Assembly (NCBI RefSeq): GCF_003214255.1
Contig: NZ_CP029011.1
Span: 180,001-212,000, forward strand
DNA: 32,000 bases
From: Candidatus Karelsulcia muelleri
Lineage (GTDB): Bacteria; Bacteroidota; Bacteroidia; Flavobacteriales; Blattabacteriaceae
Direction: 5' to 3'
Under the pieces are notes generated by a model, which worked only from the letters and a program-made list of their open reading frames with translations, searched no databases and was not told where the DNA came from. Of the stretch, positions 1 through 7,100 are shown one piece after another. Position numbers and translations under genes: made by a program. Every line of letters begins with the position of its first letter. The first letter of the stretch is position 1.

Positions 1-494
1 CCTTCAAATGAAATATTTTTTATTGTCATCAATTTTCCTTTATTAATAGAAATAATTAATTTTATTTTAGATTGTGATTGATTTTTAATTTTCAAATACA
101 ATAAAATCTCCCTATATCCTTTTATATTAAAATAATTTTTAATAAAAATTTTTAAACTTTCAAGAAAATCAGAACTATCTGTTGTAGGGTGGTTAGTAAG
201 TTCCCAGAAATAAATAATTTCATTTATTTCTTCTTTTGAAATCCCCTCAAATTGGATTTGATCAATTTTTTCAAATTTGATTTTTTCAAATTGGATTTGA
301 TCCATTTTTTTTTTTAATTCTAAATTACTTTTTTTATCTTTAATAATATTTTTTTCTTGACATGCCAGTTTTTCATTAAAAAAAAATCTCAAAAAAAATA
401 GAAACAAAAAAACCAATATTATTAAATAATGCCTTGGAATTGCAAATGCAAATTTCAATTTGTTCCAAATTTTTTTTTTATATATATTTAACAT
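1..494 (-). CDS. Omp85/BamA-family outer-membrane protein, N-terminal part (gene runs off the window start)
   Basis: My translation of the minus strand from the ATG at 494 reads MLNIYKKKIWNKLKFAFAIPRHYLIILVFLFLFFLRFFFNEKLAC... This gives a hydrophobic signal/anchor followed by two POTRA-like segment starts about 78 aa apart (IDQIQFEGISKEEINEII... and ...GYREILLYLKIKNQSQSKIKLIISINKGKLMTIKNISFEG). The frame stays open to position 1. It is missing from the ORF track because no stop lies inside the window. Confidence 0.45.
   Translation of the reverse strand, partial: MLNIYKKKIWNKLKFAFAIPRHYLIILVFLFLFFLRFFFNEKLACQEKNIIKDKKSNLELKKKMDQIQFEKIKFEKIDQIQFEGISKEEINEIIYFWELTNHPTTDSSDFLESLKIFIKNYFNIKGYREILLYLKIKNQSQSKIKLIISINKGKLMTIKNISFE
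247..302. repeat. 17-bp perfect direct repeat tcaaattggatttgatc at 247-263 and 286-302 (39-bp period, in frame in the BamA-like gene)
   Basis: Read directly from the sequence. It encodes DQIQFE...DQIQFE on the minus strand. Confidence 0.85.
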
Positions 495-555
495 AAAATT
501 TATTTGTTTTCTCTATATCTATATATATAATAAAAATAATAAAAAAAAATACTTT

Positions 556-1110
556 ATGAAAGAATTATTAATTTTAATTAATGGTTTAAAATCAGAAATA
601 AAAAACAAAATTTTGGGGTTCAAACAAAAATTATTCCAAATTAGAATTGGAAAAATTAATGAATCTATTTTAGATGATGTTACAATTGATTTGTATGGAA
701 AAAAAGTTCAGATAAAAACTATCTCTAATATTTCTATATTAGATGCAAGAACTTTATTAATTACACCTTGGGAAGAGAAAAATATAAATATTCTTTATAA
801 AGCTTTATTAAAAAATAGTATTCTTTATACTCCATATAAAACTGGAAAAGTATTAAAATTAAAAATGGCTCAACTAACAGAAGAAACTAGAAAAGAATTA
901 ATAAAAAAAATTAATTTTATTTTAGAAATATTTAAAATAAATTTAAGAAAATTAAGAAAAAAAACTATAAAAAAATTAAACAAAATAAATTCATTAGAAA
1001 AAGATTGTTTAAAAAAAAACAAAATAGAGATACAAAATATAATTAATGATTGTATCAATTATATGAAAATTATTTCTAATAGAAAAAAAAAAGAAATACT
1101 AACTATATAA
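556..1110 (+). CDS. frr: ribosome recycling factor
   Basis: The ORF 460..1110 shows RRF-like sequence from the internal ATG at 556 (MKELLILINGLKSEIKNKILGFKQKLFQIRIGKINESILDDVTIDLYGKK...LDARTLLITPWEEKN...MAQLTEETRKELIKK). That start gives about 184 aa, the normal RRF length. The upstream 32 codons are hydrophobic AT-rich read-through from a TTG. Confidence 0.9.
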   Translation: MKELLILINGLKSEIKNKILGFKQKLFQIRIGKINESILDDVTIDLYGKKVQIKTISNISILDARTLLITPWEEKNINILYKALLKNSILYTPYKTGKVLKLKMAQLTEETRKELIKKINFILEIFKINLRKLRKKTIKKLNKINSLEKDCLKKNKIEIQNIINDCINYMKIISNRKKKEILTI

Positions 1111-1111
1111 T

Positions 1112-2503
1112 ATGAAAAAAAAAATTCAATGTTTTAATTCAATTAAAGAATTAATTTTTAATTATAAATTTTTTATATCAAAAGAAATTAAGATAAAAGG
1201 TTGGGTAAAACATTTTCGTTATAATTGTTTTATTATTATAAATGATGGATCGACAATTAACAATTTACAAATTTTTATTGATAAAAAATTTTCTTCACTT
1301 GTTAAAAAAATTAATATTGGAATTTCAATAGAAGTTATAGGAGTTTTGGTTTTAAGCCAAGGCAAAGAACAAAATATAGAAATATATGCTAATAAAATAA
1401 AAATTATTGGAAAATTTTCTCCTGAGGAGCTTCAAAAGACAATTTTACAACCTAAAACCCATAGTTTTAAAAAATTAAGAGAACAAGCCTATTTAAGATT
1501 TAGAACAAGTATATTTAGTTCAATTTTGAGAATTCGTCATAATATTTCTTTTTCAATACATAAATTTTTTTTTAAAAAAAATTTTATTTATATTAATACT
1601 CCGATAATAACAACTTATGATTCTGAAGGAGCAGGAGAGATGTTTAGAGTAACAAATTTTGATTTAAAAAAAATTCCTTTAAATGAAAAAGGAGAATTAA
1701 ATAATAATTTAGATTTTTTTGGAACTTCTACATATTTAACAGTATCTGGACAATTGCAAGGAGAAGCTGCAGCTTCAGGGTTAGGAAAAATTTATACATT
1801 TGGGCCTACTTTTCGTGCAGAAAAATCTAATACTTTTAGACATTTATCTGAATTTTGGATGATAGAACCTGAAATGTCATTTTATAAATTAGTTCAGAAT
1901 ATGAATTTTGCCGAAAAGTTATTAAAATATGTTATTAAATTTGTAATTAATAATTCTTATGAAGATTTATTTTTTCTTGAAAAAAAAAACAAAAGAAAAA
2001 TCTTTAAAAGATTAAATAATGTTTTAGAATCTTCTTTTGAAAGAATAAGTTATACAAATGCTATAAAAATTCTTAAATCTAGTAAAAAGGGTATTAATTG
2101 GGGGGAAGATCTTAAATCTGAACATGAAAAATTTTTAGCAGAAAATTATTTTAATAATCCAATAATAATTTATAATTATCCATTAAAAATTAAACCTTTT
2201 TATATGCGTATAAATAATGATAATAAAACGGTAGCAGCTATGGATATTATATTTCCTTATATAGGTGAAATAATAGGAGGCTCTCAAAGAGAAGAAAGAT
2301 ATAATGTTTTATTAAAACGGATTTTGGAATTAAATTTAAATATTAAATCACTTTGGTGGTATTTAAATATTAGACGTTTTGGATCTGTTCCTCAGAGTGG
2401 CTTTGGATTAGGATTTGAAAGATTAATTCAATATATTACAAATATAGATAATATTAAAGATGTTATTCCTTTTCCTAGATATCCCAATCATGCAGATTTT
2501 TAA
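1112..2503 (+). CDS. asnS: asparagine--tRNA ligase
   Basis: 463 aa. It has an N-terminal OB anticodon-binding region and class IIb motifs (GAGEMFRVT; FGPTFRAEKSNTFRHLSEFWMIEPEM; GGSQREERY; GFGLGFERL). Confidence 0.93.
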   Translation: MKKKIQCFNSIKELIFNYKFFISKEIKIKGWVKHFRYNCFIIINDGSTINNLQIFIDKKFSSLVKKINIGISIEVIGVLVLSQGKEQNIEIYANKIKIIGKFSPEELQKTILQPKTHSFKKLREQAYLRFRTSIFSSILRIRHNISFSIHKFFFKKNFIYINTPIITTYDSEGAGEMFRVTNFDLKKIPLNEKGELNNNLDFFGTSTYLTVSGQLQGEAAASGLGKIYTFGPTFRAEKSNTFRHLSEFWMIEPEMSFYKLVQNMNFAEKLLKYVIKFVINNSYEDLFFLEKKNKRKIFKRLNNVLESSFERISYTNAIKILKSSKKGINWGEDLKSEHEKFLAENYFNNPIIIYNYPLKIKPFYMRINNDNKTVAAMDIIFPYIGEIIGGSQREERYNVLLKRILELNLNIKSLWWYLNIRRFGSVPQSGFGLGFERLIQYITNIDNIKDVIPFPRYPNHADF

Positions 2504-2504
2504 T

Positions 2505-2530
2505 AATTAGGAGAGATAATTAGGAGAGAT
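2505..2530. repeat. perfect 13-bp tandem duplication aattaggagagat x2; the second copy contains the first 8 nt of tRNA-Ser
   Basis: Read directly from the sequence: 2505-2517 and 2518-2530. Confidence 0.9.
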
Positions 2531-2609
2531 GGCTGAGAGGTTTAAAGCACATGCTTGGAAAGCATGTATATAATATATTGTAACAAGGGTTCGAATCCCT
2601 TTCTCTCCG
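2523..2609 (+). tRNA. tRNA-Ser (anticodon GGA), class II with long variable arm
   Basis: Hand fold: acceptor GGAGAGA/TCTCTCC, anticodon stem CATGC/GCATG with loop TTGGAAA (anticodon GGA), long variable arm, T-arm AGGGTTCGAATCCCT, discriminator G. CCA is not encoded. Confidence 0.9.
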
Positions 2610-2615
2610 CATCGC

Positions 2616-2689
2616 GGTCTCATAGCTCAGTTGGTTAGAGCACTTGACTCATAATCAGGGGGTCGCTGGTTCAAATCCAGCTGAGACCA
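2616..2689 (+). tRNA. tRNA with CAU anticodon, most like tRNA-Ile2 (lysidine type); tRNA-Met not excluded
   Basis: Hand fold: acceptor GGTCTCA/TGAGACC, D-arm GCTCAGTTGGTTAGAGC, anticodon loop CTCATAA (CAT). The T-arm GGTCGCTGGTTCAAATCCAGC is nearly identical to the E. coli ileX T-arm as I recall it. Confidence 0.85.
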
Positions 2690-2714
2690 CAAATGATTAG
2701 ATTATAAAAATAAA

Positions 2715-3041
2715 ATGGAAGCATATTTTGAAATATTAGGGTTTCAATTTAAAGCGACTTTAAATAGTTTTATTACAATTCCTTATTTAAAAAAGGAAAA
2801 AGAAGGGAATGAGATTATTATTAATAATATTATTTATTTAAATGAAAAAGGTAAAATTTTAATGGGTTTTCCTTATATAAAGAAAATAAAATTAAAAGCT
2901 AAAATAATAAATCATTATAAGGGAAAAAAACTAATTATTTTTAAAAAAAAAAGAAGAAAAGGATTTCAATTAAAAAAAGGACATAGACAATTGTTAACAA
3001 CAATTAAAATAATTGGTTTTGAAAAAGAAAAAAACTTTTAA
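2715..3041 (+). CDS. rplU: 50S ribosomal protein L21
   Basis: 108 aa. L21 pattern ([11 protein letters not shown]..., [31 protein letters not shown]). It lies directly upstream of rpmA, as is usual. Confidence 0.9.
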   Translation: MEAYFEILGFQFKATLNSFITIPYLKKEKEGNEIIINNIIYLNEKGKILMGFPYIKKIKLKAKIINHYKGKKLIIFKKKRRKGFQLKKGHRQLLTTIKIIGFEKEKNF

Positions 3042-3043
3042 AA

Positions 3044-3298
3044 ATGGCACATAAAAAAGGTGTAGGAAGTACTAGAAATGGACGGGATTCTATTAGTAAA
3101 CGTTTAGGAATAAAATTATTTGGAGGTCAAATAGCCAAACCTGGAAGTATTATTATAAGACAACGAGGAACAAAACATCATCCTAAAAAAAATGTCTTTT
3201 TGGGAAAAGATCATACAATTCATTCTTTGATAGATGGAAAAGTTTTTTTTGAAAAAAAAAGTAAAGGAAAATCATATATATCAGTAATTCCTATTTAA
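3044..3298 (+). CDS. rpmA: 50S ribosomal protein L27
   Basis: 84 aa. The N-terminus [29 protein letters not shown]...IIIRQRGTK is a canonical L27 sequence. Confidence 0.95.
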   Translation: MAHKKGVGSTRNGRDSISKRLGIKLFGGQIAKPGSIIIRQRGTKHHPKKNVFLGKDHTIHSLIDGKVFFEKKSKGKSYISVIPI

Positions 3299-3308
3299 AA
3301 TAATTATT

Positions 3309-3628
3309 GGGGCTGGATTGGAATTGACAACAAGATTAATATATAAGTAAGCATATCGTGAAAAGTAATGTAATCACGTAAATATCATTACAAATGATAA
3401 CCGGCAAAAAAAATTATGCTCTTGCTGCTTAGCAAGATTTTTTTATTCAAAATAAATTGAATTTGAAAGATTGAGGTTCTAAATCTTTCTTGAATTGTTT
3501 AGAACTTTCTTATAAGAAAGAGTTTCTTATCACTAATCTTATGTGAAATTTGCTCTTTGATAAGATAAATATGTAGAAAACTTATAATATTACTTGTTTG
3601 GACACGGGTTCGAATCCCGTCAGCTCCA
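3309..3628 (+). ncRNA. ssrA: tmRNA (SsrA), one-piece
   Basis: The 5' end GGGGCTGGATTGGAATTGAC pairs with the 3' end CAGCTCC, and there is a tRNA-like T-arm GGACACGGGTTCGAATCCCGTC. The internal tag reading frame ggc aaa aaa aat tat gct ctt gct gct TAG (3403..3432) encodes GKKNYALAA*, matching the Bacteroidota G-x-x-N-Y-A-L-A-A tag type. smpB is also in the window. Confidence 0.92.
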
Positions 3629-3646
3629 CACTAAAATAATACATAT

Positions 3647-4012
3647 ATGAAATATGAAACAGTATTAGTAATTACTCCTGTTCTTTCTGAGGAACAAATT
3701 AAGTTAACAACATCAAATTATATCAATTTTTTAATTGATAAGAAAGCCAAATTAATTTTTCAAGAAAATTGGGGTTTAAAAAAATTAGCGTATCCTATAC
3801 AAAATAAAACTAGTGGATGCTATCATATTATTTATTTTTTAGCAAAACCAAAATTAATTTTAAATTTAAAATGGAAATTATTACGTGATGAAAAAATTAT
3901 GAGATTTTTAATTCTTAAAATTAATGATGAAGCTTTATTATTTTTTATTAAAAACAAACCCCAATTAATTTTGGAGAATGATTTTAAAAAAAAATTATAT
4001 ATAAATATTTAA
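3647..4012 (+). CDS. rpsF: 30S ribosomal protein S6
   Basis: 121 aa. MKYETVLVITPVLSEEQ...ENWGLKKLAYPIQNKTSGCYHIIYF. It is the first gene of the rpsF-rpsR-rplI cluster. Confidence 0.9.
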   Translation: MKYETVLVITPVLSEEQIKLTTSNYINFLIDKKAKLIFQENWGLKKLAYPIQNKTSGCYHIIYFLAKPKLILNLKWKLLRDEKIMRFLILKINDEALLFFIKNKPQLILENDFKKKLYINI

Positions 4013-4013
4013 A

Positions 4014-4517
4014 ATGAAGGAAAAAATGGACCTTATATCAGAAAGTATGATCAAGAAGAATGAAGAGAAGAATGAAGAGAAGAAGGCTAATAATAATGAA
4101 ACTGAAAATAATAATGAGGAGAATAATAATGAGGAGAAAAAAGTGAATATTGAATCATTTAATCCTCAGAGAATTTACCAGGACCCTGAGCCAGATCCTG
4201 AATTTGATTCTGATTCAGAAAAAGAAGAAAATTCTCTTCTAGAAGGAGAAGATTCAGAAAAAGGAATTAGGTTTTTAACCCCTTTTGATGTAAAAACCAA
4301 ACCTGAGAAAAAATATTGCTTTTTTTTAAAAAATAAAATAAAATATATAGATTATAAAAATCCAAAATTTTTAATTAAATTTCTTAATGAAAGAGGAGAA
4401 ATTCTCCCTAGAAGGATAACTGGAACTTCTAAAAAGTTTCAAAAAAGATTAACAAAAGCAATAAAAAGATGTAAACAGATAGGGTTATTACCATATATAA
4501 CAGATAGATTACGATAA
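4014..4517 (+). CDS. rpsR: 30S ribosomal protein S18 with about 82-aa acidic low-complexity N-terminal extension
   Basis: The C-terminal roughly 85 aa is clearly S18 (GIRFLTPFDVKTKPEKKYCFFLKNKIKYIDYKNPKFLIKFLNERGEILPRRITGTSKKFQKRLTKAIKRCKQIGLLPY). The ATG lies 1 nt after the rpsF stop, and no internal Met sits near the core. Confidence 0.88.
   Translation: MKEKMDLISESMIKKNEEKNEEKKANNNETENNNEENNNEEKKVNIESFNPQRIYQDPEPDPEFDSDSEKEENSLLEGEDSEKGIRFLTPFDVKTKPEKKYCFFLKNKIKYIDYKNPKFLIKFLNERGEILPRRITGTSKKFQKRLTKAIKRCKQIGLLPYITDRLR
4056..4079. repeat. perfect 12-bp in-frame tandem duplication (aagaatgaagag x2) inside the rpsR extension
   Basis: Read directly from the sequence. It encodes KNEE-KNEE. 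Confidence 0.9.
4107..4136. repeat. perfect 15-bp in-frame tandem duplication (aataataatgaggag x2) inside the rpsR extension
   Basis: Read directly from the sequence. It encodes NNNEE-NNNEE. Confidence 0.9.
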
Positions 4518-4518
4518 T

Positions 4519-4980
4519 ATGAAAATAATTTTAAAAAAAAAAATCCTAAATTTAGGGAAAAAGAATGATTTAATAGAAGTTAAACCTGGTTATGCTAGAA
4601 ATTTTTTATTTCCTAAAAAAAAAGCAATATTAGCAACAATTTCATCTATTAAAGAATTAAATAATTTAATTAAAAAAAAAAAAATGAAAAAAAAATTTTT
4701 AATAAAAAAATTAAAATTTTATTTAAAATCTATTAAAAAATTAAAAATTAAATTTTATCTTAAATTGGGGGAAAATGGAAAATTATTTGGATCAATTTAT
4801 AAAAAAAAAATTTATAAATATTTAAAATCAAAAAATATTAAAATAAAGAAAAAATTTCTTTTTCTAGAAAAAGACCCTATAAAACAAATAGGCGTTTTTC
4901 CATGTAAAATAATTTTACATCCTAAAGTCCATTCAAAATTTGAATTTGAAGTTTATTATAAAAAAGTTTTAATTTTATAA
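4519..4980 (+). CDS. rplI: 50S ribosomal protein L9
   Basis: 153 aa. The N-terminal L9 signature is MKIILKKKILNLGKKNDLIEVKPGYARNFLFPKKKAILAT. It holds the third position of the S6-S18-L9 cluster. Confidence 0.88.
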   Translation: MKIILKKKILNLGKKNDLIEVKPGYARNFLFPKKKAILATISSIKELNNLIKKKKMKKKFLIKKLKFYLKSIKKLKIKFYLKLGENGKLFGSIYKKKIYKYLKSKNIKIKKKFLFLEKDPIKQIGVFPCKIILHPKVHSKFEFEVYYKKVLIL

Positions 4981-5514
4981 TGATAATTTTATATTTAATT
5001 TTTTTTTTAAGATAATTTCCAATTTAGTTTTCAATTGAGTTTGAAAATTCTTTTCCAATTGAATTTTCAACTTGTTTTCCAATTTAAATTTCTTATTGTT
5101 ATTGAAATTTTTTTTATTTACCAATTTATTTTCTTCTTCTTTTTCTAATTGATTTATCAATTTATTCTTTATTATTTGTTTAATTGTTTTTTTTAGTTGT
5201 TTTTTAAAAATGTAATAAAGTTTTTTATCTAAAAATTCTCTAATAGCTAGAGAAGTAGGTTTTGAAATTTTTTCAAAAATTTTCGAAATTTTCATTTTAG
5301 CTTCAGAAAGAACAACTTCTTCTAAATGTTTAGGTTCAGGAGGACATAATTTTATTTTTTTTTTTAGTTTTGATTTAATATAACAAAAAATTGTTTCTGA
5401 ACGTTTTGACAAAAGACTTATTAAGGAATAAACATTGTTCCCGGTTTTGTCAAAATCTTTATAATCTACTGTTTTAGTAGAATCTTTACAATTTTTATAT
5501 TCTTTGATATTCAT
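4975..5514 (-). CDS. rpoZ: probable RNA polymerase omega subunit with Lys-rich repetitive C-terminal extension
   Basis: The first roughly 103 aa fit the Flavobacteriia omega pattern as I remember it (TGNNVYSLISLLSKRSETI..., HLEEVVLSEAKMKISKIFEKISKPTSLAIREFLDKKLYY). It sits downstream of dapA-bamD, a conserved Flavobacteriia arrangement. This is a memory-based call. Confidence 0.55.
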   Translation of the reverse strand: MNIKEYKNCKDSTKTVDYKDFDKTGNNVYSLISLLSKRSETIFCYIKSKLKKKIKLCPPEPKHLEEVVLSEAKMKISKIFEKISKPTSLAIREFLDKKLYYIFKKQLKKTIKQIIKNKLINQLEKEEENKLVNKKNFNNNKKFKLENKLKIQLEKNFQTQLKTKLEIILKKKLNIKLSL

Positions 5515-7096
5515 CTATATATTGATTATAAATTTTTAAAAAAAATAATTGTCTTTCTATTTTAGAAAATAAATTTTTAATTCTATAATCAAGGTTTAAT
5601 TTTTTTTCATAGAAAAATTGATTTTCGAAATTATAAAAATTATGAATATAATCATTATATAATTTTAATGTTTTTTTAAAATCAAATTGATTTGTGGATT
5701 TTTCTAATTTATATTGTGAAATTATCATATAAATATATTCATTTTGAATGGAAAATATTTTTTTCAGTTTTTTAAAATTTTCAATATTATCTTTAAATAT
5801 AAACAATGATGCTTTATATTTTTTTCTTTTAAAATAAAAATTTCCTATTGAAATTTGTTTTTTTTTTAAGTTTAAAACTGCTTTATAAAGCATTTTTTTT
5901 GCGGTGTTTAGTTTTAAACTATTAGTATAGCTTTTTATAAATTTTAAAAAAACTTTTATTGATTTTAAATTATTTTGTTGATCAAAATTATAATCATTTG
6001 CTTGTTTATAATAACACATTCCTAAATTAAAAAGAGTTACTTCTAACGGTTGTTTTTTTTTTGAGGTTGCTTTTATCTCTTTAGATGTTTCTTTTTTTAA
6101 CTCTTTATTATCTGGTAAAGTTTCTTCTGATTTTAATTTTGAAAATAAAGATTGTTTTTCTTTTCCTGAAAAAATTTTTTTTAAATTTAATAAAATAAAT
6201 TTTTTATTCTTTTCAGAAAAGAAAAATTTTTCATTGTTAATTGTAACAAAATTTTTTTTTTTCAATTTTGAATAAATTTCTTTTTCTTCTTTTTCGGAAA
6301 GAATTTTTTTTTTACTTAATTTTGAGAAGAAAGCATCTTCTTCTTTTTCTAAGAAAAGATCTTTTAAAGAAAGCAAATTTTTCTTTTCTTCTGCAAATGC
6401 TTTTGAAGAATAAATCATATTTGTTTTATCAATATTTGATAAAATTTTCTTTGCGTCTTTTTCTGAAAAAAAATTTTCATTATTAATAATTGAGTAAATT
6501 TTTTGTACATCTTCTGCTGATAAAATTTTTTCTTGTTTTAATTTTTTTAAAAGTTTTTTTTCAAAAATTAAAGCCTCATTTTTATTTGGCTCATTATTGA
6601 GTTCTGAAATTAAATCATTATCTGAAAAAGAAAAAAAATTTTCATTTTCAATTAATTCAATTTTATTGTCAGTAATATTTTCAATGTCATGATTAATATT
6701 AGAATTTTTTATAATAAGATTAAAATAAAAAATTGCTTCATCATATTTCTTTAAATAAAAATTGCAGAAAGCAGTTTTAAACATTATATTTTTATAAAAT
6801 TTTTTATTTTTTAAAAATGAAATTCTTTCTTCTGAAAGAAGTTTTTCAAAAATGTTTAATGCTTCTTTATATTTTCTTTTGTGAAAAAAATTAGATGCAT
6901 TAATAATTAATCTATAATTATTTATATGTTTCTTTTCTATTTTTTTAGTTATTTCTTCTTTTAATATTTTTTTTAAAAATTTTTGCAACCAAACGTTTTC
7001 TTTTGTTTTTTTTTTAATTAAAACTTTCATAAGTTTTTCTTTTTCTAAACAAGAAAATATTTTTTTTTTTAAAATAGTTAAATATGTGTTAAACAT
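5495..7096 (-). CDS. bamD: BamD-like (YfiO/ComL) TPR outer-membrane assembly protein with large internal repeat insertion
   Basis: TPR-like N-terminal part: YRLIINASNFFHKRKYKEALNIFEKLL...FKTAFCNFYLKKYDEAIFYFNLII. C-terminal part: LFNLGMCYYKQANDYNFDQQNNLKSIKVFLKFIKSYTNS...ISIGNFYFKRKKYKASLFIF. Both align with flavobacterial BamD as remembered. At 533 aa it is far longer than the roughly 270-300 aa typical of the family. It lies between dapA and rpoZ. Confidence 0.6.
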   Translation of the reverse strand: MFNTYLTILKKKIFSCLEKEKLMKVLIKKKTKENVWLQKFLKKILKEEITKKIEKKHINNYRLIINASNFFHKRKYKEALNIFEKLLSEERISFLKNKKFYKNIMFKTAFCNFYLKKYDEAIFYFNLIIKNSNINHDIENITDNKIELIENENFFSFSDNDLISELNNEPNKNEALIFEKKLLKKLKQEKILSAEDVQKIYSIINNENFFSEKDAKKILSNIDKTNMIYSSKAFAEEKKNLLSLKDLFLEKEEDAFFSKLSKKKILSEKEEKEIYSKLKKKNFVTINNEKFFFSEKNKKFILLNLKKIFSGKEKQSLFSKLKSEETLPDNKELKKETSKEIKATSKKKQPLEVTLFNLGMCYYKQANDYNFDQQNNLKSIKVFLKFIKSYTNSLKLNTAKKMLYKAVLNLKKKQISIGNFYFKRKKYKASLFIFKDNIENFKKLKKIFSIQNEYIYMIISQYKLEKSTNQFDFKKTLKLYNDYIHNFYNFENQFFYEKKLNLDYRIKNLFSKIERQLFFLKIYNQYIDEYQRI

Positions 7097-7100
7097 AAGT

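Noticed and set aside
460-555. N-terminal extensions of track ORFs: frr from 460, dapA to 8045, sufB from 27817 and sufD from 30009.
   Set aside because: The extensions are hydrophobic AT-rich read-through with no homology. Internal ATGs give N-termini and lengths that match the families. The frr extension would also overlap the divergent BamA-like start region.
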